From an uncultured Kordiimonas sp. (GTDB taxonomy: Bacteria; Pseudomonadota; Alphaproteobacteria; Sphingomonadales; Kordiimonadaceae): a stretch of 64,000 bases of DNA. Position 1 is the first letter of the stretch. Each line of letters starts with the position of its first letter. The DNA is taken from positions 294,565 to 358,564 of the forward strand of contig CBFDCC010000001.1 in assembly GCA_965603205.1 (NCBI GenBank). The letters run 5' to 3'. Shown here piece after piece: positions 26,850-37,344 of the stretch. The notes beneath the pieces were generated by a model. The model had not been told where the DNA came from. It ran no database searches and was given only the letters and a program-made list of their open reading frames with translations. A program made the position numbers and the translations under genes.

Positions 26850-27762
26850 CCTTTTTTGCAATTCTAAAAATGCGACCATCAAGAATGAACAGGCTTAGTG
26901 CAATAAGTCCCATACCGATCCCGTGATTTATGAGGAATGTCTCCCCTAAAAAATTAATGCCAAGGGTTACGGCGACAATAGGAATACCAAAGGTGACGAG
27001 CGAAGCATTGGTCGCACCGCCGATATCTAGGATTTTAAACATGAGCGGGAAGGCGAATGCAGCGCATACCACGCCGAGCATTACAAGAGCGGCTATGACA
27101 TTCGTATCAGGTAAGGCAAAGCTGTAGCTTTTATCAACGACGAGTGATAAGGGCACCATGATTATGGTCGCCACCAACAATTGGCCGAAAGCTGTTTGCA
27201 TGGGCTTTAACTTATGTCGGGTGAATTTCTTGCCGATCATAATAGCGATGCCATAACAAAATGTAGCGATAAGTATGGAGATCTGACCAAATAGTTGATC
27301 GGTCTCTAGTGAAATACTATCGGGTTTAAATATAACAAAAATGCCTAGCATCCCCATCAAAATTCCCAGCGATTTTGCAGGCGTAAGTTTTTCATCGTCC
27401 GTATAAAAATGAGCAAGCATTACTGTAAACATAGGCGTGGTGGCATTCAACACGGCGGCTAAGCTTGTTGAGATATAATTTTGACCCCAAACAAATAAGC
27501 ACCAAGGCAGGGCGCAATTGAATATGCCGAGAAAAATTAGACCTTTCCATTTATCCAAGCCTGTGGGTATCTCAATTTTCATGATTTTTAGCATTATATA
27601 CAGCGTTAGGGCGCCAAGCCCCACGCGTACTGCAACAATGGTAAAAAAAGGTAATGCAGTGATAGCCACAGCATTGGACATAAAGGCACTGCCCCAAATA
27701 ATGGACAAGATCACTAAAAGAATCCATCCTTGAAGAGGCATGACATTATTGTGGTTTTGCAT
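26839..27762 (-). CDS. DMT superfamily (EamA-like) transporter
   Basis: 307 aa with 10 TM and a duplicated EamA-type architecture. Confidence 0.8.
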   Translation of the reverse strand: MQNHNNVMPLQGWILLVILSIIWGSAFMSNAVAITALPFFTIVAVRVGLGALTLYIMLKIMKIEIPTGLDKWKGLIFLGIFNCALPWCLFVWGQNYISTSLAAVLNATTPMFTVMLAHFYTDDEKLTPAKSLGILMGMLGIFVIFKPDSISLETDQLFGQISILIATFCYGIAIMIGKKFTRHKLKPMQTAFGQLLVATIIMVPLSLVVDKSYSFALPDTNVIAALVMLGVVCAAFAFPLMFKILDIGGATNASLVTFGIPIVAVTLGINFLGETFLINHGIGMGLIALSLFILDGRIFRIAKKAMA

Positions 27763-27823
27763 AAAGTTTACTCATTCTTGATTTAAGGGGACCCTATCGC
27801 AAGTGACTGTGAATGTCTCGCCA

Positions 27824-27859
27824 TTTTCAGACCCCAGTCTCTTTTCAGACCCCAGTCTT
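27824..27859. repeat. 2 x 18-bp tandem direct repeat
   Basis: TTTTCAGACCCCAGTCTC followed by TTTTCAGACCCCAGTCTT (17/18 identical). Each unit contains the dyad AGAC-N4-GTCT. The repeat lies 62 nt upstream of the EamA start. Confidence 0.8.
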
Positions 27860-27910
27860 TCACATGCTAATAGTGTCACAAAATCATGGCTCTTACCCTA
27901 TAAGTTATGG

Positions 27911-28051
27911 TTATTTCACGATGGTATGGCCATATTCTGGATAGGGTATAGCCCTAGAGCCAGCATGTGATAATTTATGTATAAACCGAACAAAAGCGCT
28001 GACTTCAGCTGGTTTTGTTGTTGGCTGTGTATGATGATGTGGTGTTTTCAT
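27911..28051 (-). CDS. unlisted 46-codon ORF (hypothetical small protein)
   Basis: MKTPHHHTQPTTKPAEVSAFVRFIHKLSHAGSRAIPYPEYGHTIVK. GGAG (reverse complement of 28059-62) sits 7 nt before the ATG (28051-28049). It is below the ORF-track length cutoff. Confidence 0.3.
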   Translation of the reverse strand: MKTPHHHTQPTTKPAEVSAFVRFIHKLSHAGSRAIPYPEYGHTIVK

Positions 28052-28179
28052 TTTTTATCTCCTTTTTCTGTGAGATATTATAATGGCGAGCTGTGTAGAA
28101 AATAATTTGATATTTATGAATATTGTGATAAATTAATCTCAATTATGTATTTTTAAGTATAAATTATATGGAAAATTGT

Positions 28180-28638
28180 ATGTTAGATGATTTTGACGTC
28201 AAGATTATGGATGCTGTACAGGATAATAGCAGGCAAACGGCAGAGGCATTGAGTGAGCATGTTGGCTTGTCAGCCCCTGCTTGTCAGCGCCGTTTGAAAA
28301 AACTACGTGATGATGGTTTTATTGACAAAGAAATTGCCATTGTCTCATCAAAGGCCGCAGGAGGTTTTATGACCTTTGTTGTGCAGGTAGTATTATGTTG
28401 CCATGGGCCATCGAATACTGATGCCTTTATAAAGCGGATGAATCAGATACCAGAGGTACAGCAGTGCTTTTATGTGACAGGCGAATATGATTTTATTTTA
28501 ATTGTTGTTGCGCGTGATATGGATGATTACCAAGGGGTTATGGGTAGAATATTCACCGGGGACGAGGCTGTCGACCGCTATACAACGACGGTTTCAATGC
28601 GGACTACAAAGCAAAGCCTGCGTTTACCCCTCGGCTAA
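28180..28638 (+). CDS. Lrp/AsnC family transcriptional regulator
   Basis: MLDDFDVKIMDAVQDNSRQTAEALSEHVGLSAPACQRRLKKLRDDGFI... The track start at 28168 is an alternative. Confidence 0.85.
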   Translation: MLDDFDVKIMDAVQDNSRQTAEALSEHVGLSAPACQRRLKKLRDDGFIDKEIAIVSSKAAGGFMTFVVQVVLCCHGPSNTDAFIKRMNQIPEVQQCFYVTGEYDFILIVVARDMDDYQGVMGRIFTGDEAVDRYTTTVSMRTTKQSLRLPLG

Positions 28639-28640
28639 TA

Positions 28641-29171
28641 TTATTTTTTCTTCGTTGGTTTTTTATCTTTGAGAAGATCGTAGGCTGTTTGCACGGCATG
28701 GAATTTCTCTGCTGCAGCTGGGTCGCCTGGATTGGCATCGGGGTGATACACCTTAGCAAGCTTGCGGTACTGTGTCTTAACCGCTGCATTATCTGCGTCG
28801 CTTTCTAGCTCTAAGGTATCAAAGGCGCGCTGTTCAGTACTGGTAAACCCGCTTTCATCCTTAGCGCCGCCCCAGCCAAAGGTGCGGCCCCCAGCAAATG
28901 CTTTTGCGCTTTCCGCGTTAGAATTACGCATAAATTTAAGCGCTTCTTCGTCTGACATGCCAGAGAAGAAATCCCAATTACGGTTATATTCAGCAGCGTG
29001 ATCTTGACAAAAATACCAGCGTTCTGGTGAACTTGGAGATTTAGGCGCCGGGTGCTCACCGCGCTCATTACAGTCAGAATAGTCGCACATCTGCACAGGC
29101 TCGGCTTCGGTTTCCGCGCCATAATCACCCCAGCGGGGAAAACCCCAATTTTTCATGCGTTCTGTTTTCAT
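28641..29171 (-). CDS. J-domain protein (C-terminal DnaJ domain, Cys/His-containing N-terminal region)
   Basis: ...AVKTQYRKLAKVYHPDANPGD...AYDLLKD. The start is uncertain: TTG 29189, ATG 29171 or ATG 29156. Confidence 0.7.
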   Translation of the reverse strand: MKTERMKNWGFPRWGDYGAETEAEPVQMCDYSDCNERGEHPAPKSPSSPERWYFCQDHAAEYNRNWDFFSGMSDEEALKFMRNSNAESAKAFAGGRTFGWGGAKDESGFTSTEQRAFDTLELESDADNAAVKTQYRKLAKVYHPDANPGDPAAAEKFHAVQTAYDLLKDKKPTKKK

Positions 29172-29227
29172 AAGAGCAGTATATAACAAGTTATTTTATA
29201 AAGTGTTACTAATCATTTGCCTAAAAT

Positions 29228-29261
29228 AAAAAAAGGCCCTCCACATACTATGTGGAAGGCC
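29228..29261 (-). terminator. pckA terminator
   Basis: GGCCCTCCACAT (29235-46) pairs with ATGTGGAAGGCC (29050-61 +200, i.e. 29250-29261) at 11/12 bp, loop ACT. On the minus strand it is followed by TTTTTTT (reverse complement of 29228-34). Confidence 0.65.
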
Positions 29262-29304
29262 TTTGACTAGAAAATTCGTATAGAGCAGATTGCGGTAAAG
29301 TTGA

Positions 29305-30912
29305 TTAAGACAGCTTTTTAGGGGCTGTTGCTTTAACGCTATCATCTACATGGCTTTCAAACTTAGCAAAGTTATCTATAAATAAACCTGCAAGATGATC
29401 AGCTTTGGCATCATAAGCAGCTGTATCAGACCAAGTGTCACGTGGTGTTAGGATTTTAGTGTCTACACCATCGATCGAAGTTGGTACTTTAAAGCCAAAA
29501 CGCTCGTCAGTGCGCATCTCAGTGCCGTCTAGCTTGCCATCAAGTGCGGCATGCAGCATGGCGCGGGTCTGTTTGATTGGCATACGGTTACCTGTACCAT
29601 ATTCGCCACCAGTCCAGCCAGTATTCACTAACCAACAACGTACATTGCCTTCAGCAATTTTCTTGCGCAGTAGATCGCCGTATACTGCAGGGTGACGCGG
29701 CATGAAAGGACCGCCGAAACATGCAGAGAAAGTAGCCTGAGGTTCTTTAACGCCGATCTCTGTACCAGCTACCTTAGCAGTATAACCTGATAAGAAGTGA
29801 TACATGGCTTGCTCAGGTGTTAGACGAGAAATAGGAGGCAGAACACCAAAAGCATCAGCCGTTAGCATGATGATATTGGTTGGCTTGCCGCCTTTATTTT
29901 CCGCTGATGTATTTGGAATAGAGGTAAGCGGATAAGCCGCACGTGTATTTTCAGCAAGCGTGTTATCAAACAAATCAAGCTCACGTGTTTCTGGATCCAT
30001 CACCACATTTTCTACAACAGTACCAAACATCTGTGTTGTTGCGTAAATCTCTGGCTCAGCTTCGGCGCTTAGATTAATAAGCTTGGCGTAACAGCCGCCC
30101 TCGAAGTTAAAGACGCTATCGTCTGACCAACCATGCTCATCGTCACCGATAAGGGTGCGGCTGCTGTCGGCTGATAAAGTTGTTTTACCTGTTCCAGATA
30201 GACCAAAGAAGATTGCCACTTCGCCGTCGTCACCAATATTGGCTGAACAGTGCATTGGCATGACGCCCTTAGCTGGTAGAATATAGTTTAATATAGAGAA
30301 TACTGATTTCTTGTTTTCGCCAGCATACTCAGTACCGCCAATCAGCACCATTTTTTTGGTGAAGTTCACGGCGACTACAGTCTCGCTATTTGTACCCATA
30401 GTCGCAGGATCGGCGCGGAAACTTGGTAGATTAATAATTGTAAACTCTGGATCAAACGCAGCCGCTTCTGCCGCGGTTGGTTCGATCAACATTGTTTTAC
30501 AAAATAGGCTGTGCCACGCAAGGTTACCAATGGTGCGAACAGCTAGGCGGTTGTTTACATCAGAGCCACCCCATACGTCTTGAATGAAGAGGTCTTGACC
30601 TTTGGCATGTTCTATCATTGCAGCGTGAACGACATCAAAATGCTCAGGTGTCATTGGTCTATTAACGGGACCCCACCAAACAGTTTCCTCAGTTGTTACG
30701 TCGCGAACAGTAAACTTAGCATTTGCTGAGCGGCCAGTGTGTTTACCAGTTTTAACAACTAGAGGACCGTGTTTAGCTAGTTCGCCTTCATTGCGGCGAA
30801 TCGCTTCTTCGGTAAGTTGTGCTGGGTTTAGGTTCCAATATTCATTGGCAATGCCAGTTAAGCCGTGCGCACTCAGATCAGTGCTGCTGCGCTTATTTCC
30901 ATGAATAGACAA
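29305..30912 (-). CDS. pckA: phosphoenolpyruvate carboxykinase (ATP)
   Basis: 535 aa with ...[13 protein letters not shown]... TTG start preceded by GGAGGA at a 7-nt spacing. Confidence 0.95.
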   Translation of the reverse strand: MSIHGNKRSSTDLSAHGLTGIANEYWNLNPAQLTEEAIRRNEGELAKHGPLVVKTGKHTGRSANAKFTVRDVTTEETVWWGPVNRPMTPEHFDVVHAAMIEHAKGQDLFIQDVWGGSDVNNRLAVRTIGNLAWHSLFCKTMLIEPTAAEAAAFDPEFTIINLPSFRADPATMGTNSETVVAVNFTKKMVLIGGTEYAGENKKSVFSILNYILPAKGVMPMHCSANIGDDGEVAIFFGLSGTGKTTLSADSSRTLIGDDEHGWSDDSVFNFEGGCYAKLINLSAEAEPEIYATTQMFGTVVENVVMDPETRELDLFDNTLAENTRAAYPLTSIPNTSAENKGGKPTNIIMLTADAFGVLPPISRLTPEQAMYHFLSGYTAKVAGTEIGVKEPQATFSACFGGPFMPRHPAVYGDLLRKKIAEGNVRCWLVNTGWTGGEYGTGNRMPIKQTRAMLHAALDGKLDGTEMRTDERFGFKVPTSIDGVDTKILTPRDTWSDTAAYDAKADHLAGLFIDNFAKFESHVDDSVKATAPKKLS

Positions 30913-31298
30913 GGCGTTATCCTCCGCGGGAAAACAGTCACACCGCTAAGTGCGACCTATCGTGTTCATAATATGTGATGACTTTTGGGACCAGTCATCG
31001 TTAAGTTTTAAAACCAACTTGTGAATCAGTCTTAAGAAGTGGCGCTAAAATTGCGGAAAACCATTCATAAATCAAGGCCAATCTTATGCCAGCGCTGTTA
31101 TTTTGGGCAATCTTTTTCTATTTGCCTTGTTTTGGTCATTGTTTAGACCAAAATTCGACTTAAGTTTGAGACAATTCTATGGTAGCAACATATTGATTTT
31201 ACTGGAGATACTACTTAACATAAGATATAGTTTCCTTAGGAACAATTAAATTTGCTAGATTATAAAAAAAAATCAAAAATATATAGTAAGGGGATCAA

Positions 31299-32021
31299 AT
31301 GACAGCCACAATTGCACTGGTAGATGACGATAGAAATATCCTTACATCTGTAACCATAGCTTTAGAGTCCGAAGGCTTTCACGTTCGCACCTATCCGGAT
31401 GGTCAAAAAGCTTGGGATGCTTTATCCAAATCACCAGCTGATCTTGGTGTGTTTGATATTAAAATGCCGCGCATGGATGGAATGGAATTATTGCGGAAGG
31501 TTCGTGAAGTCAGCGCCATGCCTGTTATTTTTCTCACGTCTAAGGACGAGGAAATAGATCAGCTGCTCGGCTTGCGTATGGGCGCTGATGATTATATTGC
31601 AAAACCCTTTTCTCAGCGGTTGCTTATCGAGCGTATTCGTGTGCTTTTACGTCGGGTTGAGATGATGAAGGCTAAGGCCGAGAACCCTGATGGTGAAGTG
31701 GCTGAAGCTGATCAAATAGTGGAGCGCGGTGATTTAACCCTTGATCCTTTACGTCACTCTGTGGTTTGGAAAGGCGATCAAGTAACCTTGACCGTAACAG
31801 AGTTTTTAATATTGCAGGCATTGGTGTTTAGACCTGGTCATGTGAAAAGCCGTGATCAACTGATGGACGCTGCTTATAGTGATGATGTTTATGTTGATGA
31901 CCGCACAATAGATAGCCACATTAAACGTTTACGTAAAAAATTCAGACAACATGATCAAGATTTTTCTGGTATTGAAACACTATATGGCGTTGGATATCGT
32001 TATACGGGCGTTGAAGAATAG
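31299..32021 (+). CDS. chvI: OmpR-family response regulator ChvI
   Basis: 240 aa: [14 protein letters not shown]...[18 protein letters not shown]...[35 protein letters not shown] is very ChvI-like. Divergent from pckA, as in Rhizobiales. Confidence 0.8.
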   Translation: MTATIALVDDDRNILTSVTIALESEGFHVRTYPDGQKAWDALSKSPADLGVFDIKMPRMDGMELLRKVREVSAMPVIFLTSKDEEIDQLLGLRMGADDYIAKPFSQRLLIERIRVLLRRVEMMKAKAENPDGEVAEADQIVERGDLTLDPLRHSVVWKGDQVTLTVTEFLILQALVFRPGHVKSRDQLMDAAYSDDVYVDDRTIDSHIKRLRKKFRQHDQDFSGIETLYGVGYRYTGVEE

Positions 32022-32053
32022 GTTTTTAGGGCCCAGTTAAGGGGCATTCTTGA

Positions 32054-33739
32054 GTGAGTGACACACCAAAGCAAGAAAAAGATAAGACAGGCTCTAGGAT
32101 TATTGCTAGCGGTAGCCGCACTAGGTATGGCCGCTATACCTATGGTCTTTCGCCTTTGATGGTGCGTATCCTGCTTGTGAATATGCTGGCCCTTGTAACG
32201 CTTGCGTTTGGTGTTTTATACCTTAATCAATTTCGTGATAACCTGATTGTACGCCAGATTAGCAATATATCTATTCAAGCCGAAATTATAGCAGGAGCGT
32301 TGGGTGAGGCCGCAGTGCCAGACAGTGAAGCCACCGTTGTAGACGTTGTGCCTGCTAGACAAATTATTGAACGCCTCATCGGCCCCACAGAACAATATGC
32401 GCTGCTCTTTAGACCTGAAGGTACATTAATAGCCGATAGTCGCTATTTGGCGGGTAATCCAAAGGTGGTTGTCGAGCAATTGCCCCATCTTAAAAATGAT
32501 CGCAGATGGAAAGAGCGATGGTTAAGCGCAGTTTATTGGATGCTAGACTGGTTTGCTACCAACCCTGATGTGCCGCGTCATGTCGACCGTCAAGGGATGA
32601 GGGCTGTAGATTTTATAGAGGTGGAGCAGGCCCTAGAGGGTAAGCGTAAGGTGCAGCTGCGCAAGCGCGACGATGGTACATTGGTTATCAATGTGGCAGT
32701 GCCCATCCAGCGATTTAGGCGTGTGTTAGGTGCTTTGTTGATTACCGCACAAACCGATGATATCGAGGCTATTGTTCGCGAGGAGCAATTTGTAATCTTA
32801 CAAGTATTTTTCATCGCGATTACAGGTACGATGCTGCTTTCGCTGTATCTAGGTAGTACAATAGCTAAGCCCATACGCATTCTAGCGCGGGCAGCTGACC
32901 GTGTGAGGCGCGGCATTGGACGTGAAGAACATTTACCTGAATTTTCAAACCGAAATGATGAAATAGGTGATTTATCCAGAGCGTTATCAGATATGACGCG
33001 CGCTCTCTATAATCAGATTGACGGCATTGAACGCTTTGCCGCTGATGTGTCTCATGAACTTAAAAATCCTTTGTCGTCGATGCGAAGTGCGTTGGAGACC
33101 ATACAGATGACTAAGGACGCAGATGTTCAGGCAAGATTGCTTGCTATATTAAAAGACGATGTGCGGCGCTTGGATAGGTTGATCACTGATATTTCGGATG
33201 CATCTAGGCTTGACGCTGAGCTTACCCGTGGTCAGATGGGACTTGTTGATTTAGCAAAGATATTTGAGACACTTCTAGACGCCTATCAATCAACCTCTTG
33301 TGCTGGGGGGCCTACTTTAATCATTAATGGCGGTAAAAAATTAAAGAAAAATAGTTATCTCGTGCAGGGTATTGAGGCACGACTTGGCCAAGTGTGGCGC
33401 AACTTAATCGATAATGCCATCACCTTTACGCCAAAAGATAAAGCAATCCATATTAATCTGCGCATGAGTGGTAAAATAATAACGATCAAGGTTTGTGATG
33501 AGGGTCCGGGCTTGAGTGAAGGCGTGGAAGACAAGATTTTTGAGCGATTTTATTCCGAGCGCCCAGAAGAGGAAGAATTTGGCAATCATTCAGGTCTTGG
33601 ACTTGCTATCTCAAAACAGGTGATTGAAGCGCATGGCGGGAACATTACGGCTGAAAATATAGATGCGACGACGTCTAAAAAAATGAAGATAAAAGGCGGC
33701 GCATGCTTTTGCGTGACACTGCCTAAATATCAGGGCTAG
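32054..33739 (+). CDS. chvG: sensor histidine kinase ChvG (ExoS/BvrS type)
   Basis: 561 aa, GTG start. Two TM segments flank a periplasmic domain, followed by HAMP, the H-box FAADVSHELKNPL, and a HATPase domain with ...HSGLGLAISKQV... Confidence 0.75.
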   Translation: MSDTPKQEKDKTGSRIIASGSRTRYGRYTYGLSPLMVRILLVNMLALVTLAFGVLYLNQFRDNLIVRQISNISIQAEIIAGALGEAAVPDSEATVVDVVPARQIIERLIGPTEQYALLFRPEGTLIADSRYLAGNPKVVVEQLPHLKNDRRWKERWLSAVYWMLDWFATNPDVPRHVDRQGMRAVDFIEVEQALEGKRKVQLRKRDDGTLVINVAVPIQRFRRVLGALLITAQTDDIEAIVREEQFVILQVFFIAITGTMLLSLYLGSTIAKPIRILARAADRVRRGIGREEHLPEFSNRNDEIGDLSRALSDMTRALYNQIDGIERFAADVSHELKNPLSSMRSALETIQMTKDADVQARLLAILKDDVRRLDRLITDISDASRLDAELTRGQMGLVDLAKIFETLLDAYQSTSCAGGPTLIINGGKKLKKNSYLVQGIEARLGQVWRNLIDNAITFTPKDKAIHINLRMSGKIITIKVCDEGPGLSEGVEDKIFERFYSERPEEEEFGNHSGLGLAISKQVIEAHGGNITAENIDATTSKKMKIKGGACFCVTLPKYQG

Positions 33740-33751
33740 GAATATAGTGAT

Positions 33752-34177
33752 ATGCAATACCATGCCACCGTGGTCGATATTGATGGATTAGGCGTTATGC
33801 TGCGCGGTGATAGCGGCATGGGTAAATCAGACTTAGCTCTACGCCTTATTGAACGTGGAGCCAGTCTCGTCAGTGATGATTATATTGACCTAGCGATGCG
33901 AGATGGTGATTTATATGCCACTGCACCTGAAAATATAAAAGGCATGATGGAAGTGCGTGGTGTTGGTGTGGTGAACGTTGTATCCATAGTGGTTGAAACT
34001 AAAATTGCGCTTGTGGTTGATTTGGTTGCGCAGGCAGATGAGCCACGTATGCCAGATGAGCATAATCATGTAGAAATGTTGGGCTTATCTTTGCCAAGGA
34101 TAGAGCTTTATGCATTTCATGCTTCCACTCCTGCTAAAGTCAGAGTAGCCTTATTGGGCAGAGTTGAGTTTCTTTAA
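33752..34177 (+). CDS. hprK: truncated HPr kinase/phosphorylase (C-terminal domain only, alphaproteobacterial type)
   Basis: 141 aa with the P-loop GDSGMGKSDLALRLI and ...MEVRGVGVV... Confidence 0.8.
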   Translation: MQYHATVVDIDGLGVMLRGDSGMGKSDLALRLIERGASLVSDDYIDLAMRDGDLYATAPENIKGMMEVRGVGVVNVVSIVVETKIALVVDLVAQADEPRMPDEHNHVEMLGLSLPRIELYAFHASTPAKVRVALLGRVEFL

Positions 34178-34202
34178 ATTTAGATGAATATATTGAGGGG
34201 TC

Positions 34203-35060
34203 ATGGAAAATAAACGGCGGTTAATCATTGTCACAGGCCTAAGTGGTGCTGGTAAAAGTACAGTCCTTAACGCCCTAGAGGATTGTAATTTTGATACAAT
34301 CGATAATTTGCCTTTGCCGCTGGTGAGCGAGGCCGTTGAATATGCTTGTCCTGACAACAATTTAGCCATTGGTATTGATGCCCGCACCCGAGGCTTTAGT
34401 GCGGCTGCCGTTGAGACATTGCTGGCTGAGCTGTCATTAAATCAAGGTTGGATTACAGAAGTATTATTTCTCGACGCGTCCGATGATGTTCTGCAGCAAC
34501 GCTATAGCGAGACACGTCGCCGTCACCCGCTTGCCGAAGGCGGCCCTATCGAGCAAGGTATAAAAATTGAGCAGGATCATTTAAAGGGGGTTAGGTTACT
34601 GGCGGATAACATCATTGATACCAGTCAGTTTAAATTAGCCGATGCCCGCAAAGCCATTAAAGATCGCTATGACGATGCAAGTGCGCAAGGATTGATCATT
34701 AGTGTGACCTCTTTTGGTTTTTCAAAAGGGCTGCCGCGCAGTGCTGATTTGGTTTTTGATGTACGCTTTTTAAAAAACCCGCATTATGTGCTTGATCTGC
34801 GTGATTCTACGGGCCAGACAGAAGCTGTGGCAAATTACATAAAACAAGATGAAGGCTTTGCCCCCTTTATGAATCATGTCAGTGAAATGCTCGCTTTTTT
34901 AATGCCGCGTTATCAGGCTGAGGGTAAATCTTATCTGACTATTGCCTTTGGCTGTACAGGTGGTAAACATAGGTCGGTTATGGTAGCTGAGCAAATTGCA
35001 GTTTTGTTCAAAACCGCGGGTATGACGGTGCAAATTCACCACCGTGATATGCCTGTTTGA
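34203..35060 (+). CDS. rapZ: RNase adapter / P-loop NTPase RapZ (YhbJ)
   Basis: 285 aa: IIVTGLSGAGKSTVLNALED...IAFGCTGGKHRSV. Confidence 0.85.
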   Translation: MENKRRLIIVTGLSGAGKSTVLNALEDCNFDTIDNLPLPLVSEAVEYACPDNNLAIGIDARTRGFSAAAVETLLAELSLNQGWITEVLFLDASDDVLQQRYSETRRRHPLAEGGPIEQGIKIEQDHLKGVRLLADNIIDTSQFKLADARKAIKDRYDDASAQGLIISVTSFGFSKGLPRSADLVFDVRFLKNPHYVLDLRDSTGQTEAVANYIKQDEGFAPFMNHVSEMLAFLMPRYQAEGKSYLTIAFGCTGGKHRSVMVAEQIAVLFKTAGMTVQIHHRDMPV

Positions 35061-35167
35061 GGTATAAATTAAAATTATTATAAAAATAATCATTGAAGCA
35101 AAGCTCTGGGCTTTATAGGGTCAATGAGAAAAGCTGATGAGTGAAGCAATAATTCAGGAGTGACAAT

Positions 35168-35566
35168 ATGATAGGTATGATTTTGGTAACCCATGGGCAT
35201 CTGGCAAATGAATTTGTTGCTGCAACCGAACATGTGGTGGGTCCACAAGAAGATATTCGCGCCGTATGCATTGGTCCTGATGACGATATGGAAGTGCGCC
35301 GCCAAGAAATAGTAGAAGCTATTGCTGATACTAATTCTGGCTCAGGTGTTGTGTTGCTGACTGATATGTTCGGTGGTACGCCGTCAAACCTTGCTATTTC
35401 TCTGCTAGATAAGGACAATGTCGAAGTTATTGCCGGCATCAATTTACCTATGTTGATCAAGCTTGCTAGTGTGCGCCGTGATGCTACGCTGGGAGAGGCT
35501 GTGGCCGCAGCTGAAGACGCAGGCCATAAATATATCAATGTAGCTAGTAATGTACTTGGTGGTTAA
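35168..35566 (+). CDS. PTS EIIA component, mannose family (PTS-Ntr branch)
   Basis: 132 aa: MIGMILVTHGHLANEF...LLTDMFGGTPSN. Confidence 0.8.
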   Translation: MIGMILVTHGHLANEFVAATEHVVGPQEDIRAVCIGPDDDMEVRRQEIVEAIADTNSGSGVVLLTDMFGGTPSNLAISLLDKDNVEVIAGINLPMLIKLASVRRDATLGEAVAAAEDAGHKYINVASNVLGG

Positions 35567-35580
35567 ATAGGACTTTAGGC

Positions 35581-35859
35581 ATGGGTGAAGTCCTATCAGT
35601 AGATTTAGAAATACTTAACCGCAAAGGTCTGCATGCGCGTGCATCGGCTAAATTTGTTAAAACGCTGGGTGATCGCGCCGCAAACGTGATGGTAACCAAG
35701 GGAGGCTCGTCTGTTGGTGGTGCGTCTATTATGGGCCTAATGATGTTGGGCGCAGCAAAGGGCGATACTATCCATATAGAGGTCTTTGGCGAAGAGGCGG
35801 CAAGCGTTTTTGAAGATTTAAAAGCACTTGTAAATGATAAATTTGGCGAAGCTGAATAA
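35581..35859 (+). CDS. phosphocarrier protein HPr/NPr
   Basis: 92 aa with ...NRKGLHARASAKFV... (active His) and ...GASIMGLMMLGA... Confidence 0.85.
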   Translation: MGEVLSVDLEILNRKGLHARASAKFVKTLGDRAANVMVTKGGSSVGGASIMGLMMLGAAKGDTIHIEVFGEEAASVFEDLKALVNDKFGEAE

Positions 35860-36045
35860 GCTTACAAAACCCATTACTAATTTTCATAGTCATTACACAG
35901 TTTGCTTAATGCATAACAATATAAGGATATCTTTATATTTTAATTTCTTTTTAGCTATTTCTCTGTTATAAGCGCTGCAAATAATAATAGTGAAGCAGGA
36001 ATACACCTGTATCTAATCAATAAATTTATCGTGTAGGAGCTTAAA

Positions 36046-37332
36046 ATGACTGATTATAAAGTAGCTGATATGTCCCTTGCTGAATGGGGTCGCAAAGAAA
36101 TTAGAATTGCTGAAACTGAAATGCCCGGCCTAATGTCGCTGCGTTCTGAGTTTGGCCCTAGCCAACCTCTTAAGGGTGCGCGTATTTCTGGTTGTCTTCA
36201 CATGACAATTCAAACGGCTGTACTGATTGAAACACTAACGGCGCTGGGCGCTGAGGTGCGTTGGTCATCATGTAATATCTTTTCTACACAGGATCAGGCG
36301 GCAGCTGCGATGGCGCAGAGCGGCATTCCTGTGTTTGCTTGGAAAGGCCAGACAGAAGAAGAATCAGAGTGGTGTATTCACCAAACAATTAAAGGCCCAG
36401 ATGGTTGGGTAACTAACATCGTTCTTGATGATGGTGGTGATCTAACAGGTATCTTGCATAAAGATTACCCAGAGATCATGGCAGCCTGTAAGGGTATTTC
36501 TGAAGAAACAACAACAGGTGTGTTGCGTCTTATTGAAATGGCGCGCGACGGCAAATTGCTCGTACCTGCGATTAATGTGAATGACAGTGTAACCAAGTCT
36601 AAGTTTGATAATTTATATGGTTGTCGTGAAAGCTTGGTTGACGGTATTAAGCGTGCAACTGACGTGATGATTGCTGGTAAGTTATGTGTTGTCGCTGGTT
36701 TTGGTGATGTTGGTAAAGGTTCTGCGGAAAGTCTACGCAGCCAAGGTGCTCGCGTTATCGTAACTGAAATTGATCCAATCTGTGCGCTTCAAGCGGCAAT
36801 GCAGGGTTATGAAGTTCATACCATGGAACAAGCTGCACCTATAGCTGATATCTTTGTTACAACAACAGGTAACGTTGACATTATTACTATTGATCATATG
36901 CATGCCATGAAAGACCGCGCTATTGTTTGTAACATTGGTCACTTTGATAGCGAAATTCAAATTGCTTCACTTAGTAATTTTGCATGGGAAGAGGTTAAGC
37001 CACAGGTTGACGAAGTTGTTTTCCCTGATGGAAAGCGTCTTATTATTCTGGCTAAAGGCCGTCTTGTTAACCTTGGTTGTGCAACGGGTCATCCATCTTT
37101 TGTGATGTCAGCCTCTTTCACTAATCAGGTTCTAGCGCAGATCGAGCTTTGGGAAAATTCAGATAATTATGGCAAGCAAGTTTACGTATTACCTAAGCAT
37201 TTGGACGAAAAAGTGGCGGCGCTGCACCTTGAAAAGCTTGGCGTAAAACTCACAAAGTTGAGCGCAGAGCAAGCAAAATATATCAATGTACCTGTTGAGG
37301 GACCATTCAAGCCAGATACATACCGTTATTAA
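36046..37332 (+). CDS. ahcY: adenosylhomocysteinase
   Basis: 428 aa: ...[24 protein letters not shown]...GFGDVGKG...GHFD.EI... Confidence 0.95.
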   Translation: MTDYKVADMSLAEWGRKEIRIAETEMPGLMSLRSEFGPSQPLKGARISGCLHMTIQTAVLIETLTALGAEVRWSSCNIFSTQDQAAAAMAQSGIPVFAWKGQTEEESEWCIHQTIKGPDGWVTNIVLDDGGDLTGILHKDYPEIMAACKGISEETTTGVLRLIEMARDGKLLVPAINVNDSVTKSKFDNLYGCRESLVDGIKRATDVMIAGKLCVVAGFGDVGKGSAESLRSQGARVIVTEIDPICALQAAMQGYEVHTMEQAAPIADIFVTTTGNVDIITIDHMHAMKDRAIVCNIGHFDSEIQIASLSNFAWEEVKPQVDEVVFPDGKRLIILAKGRLVNLGCATGHPSFVMSASFTNQVLAQIELWENSDNYGKQVYVLPKHLDEKVAALHLEKLGVKLTKLSAEQAKYINVPVEGPFKPDTYRY

Positions 37333-37344
37333 AGGAATTATAAG

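Noticed and set aside
35860-36045. Possible SAH or SAM riboswitch upstream of ahcY-metK (an AGCGCTGC...GCAGG segment around 35973-36000).
   Set aside because: The region is AT-rich and lacks the GC-rich pseudoknot/P1-P2-P4 pattern of the SAH riboswitch and the SAM-II/SAM-V core. Only a short chance match was seen. A cmsearch would settle it.
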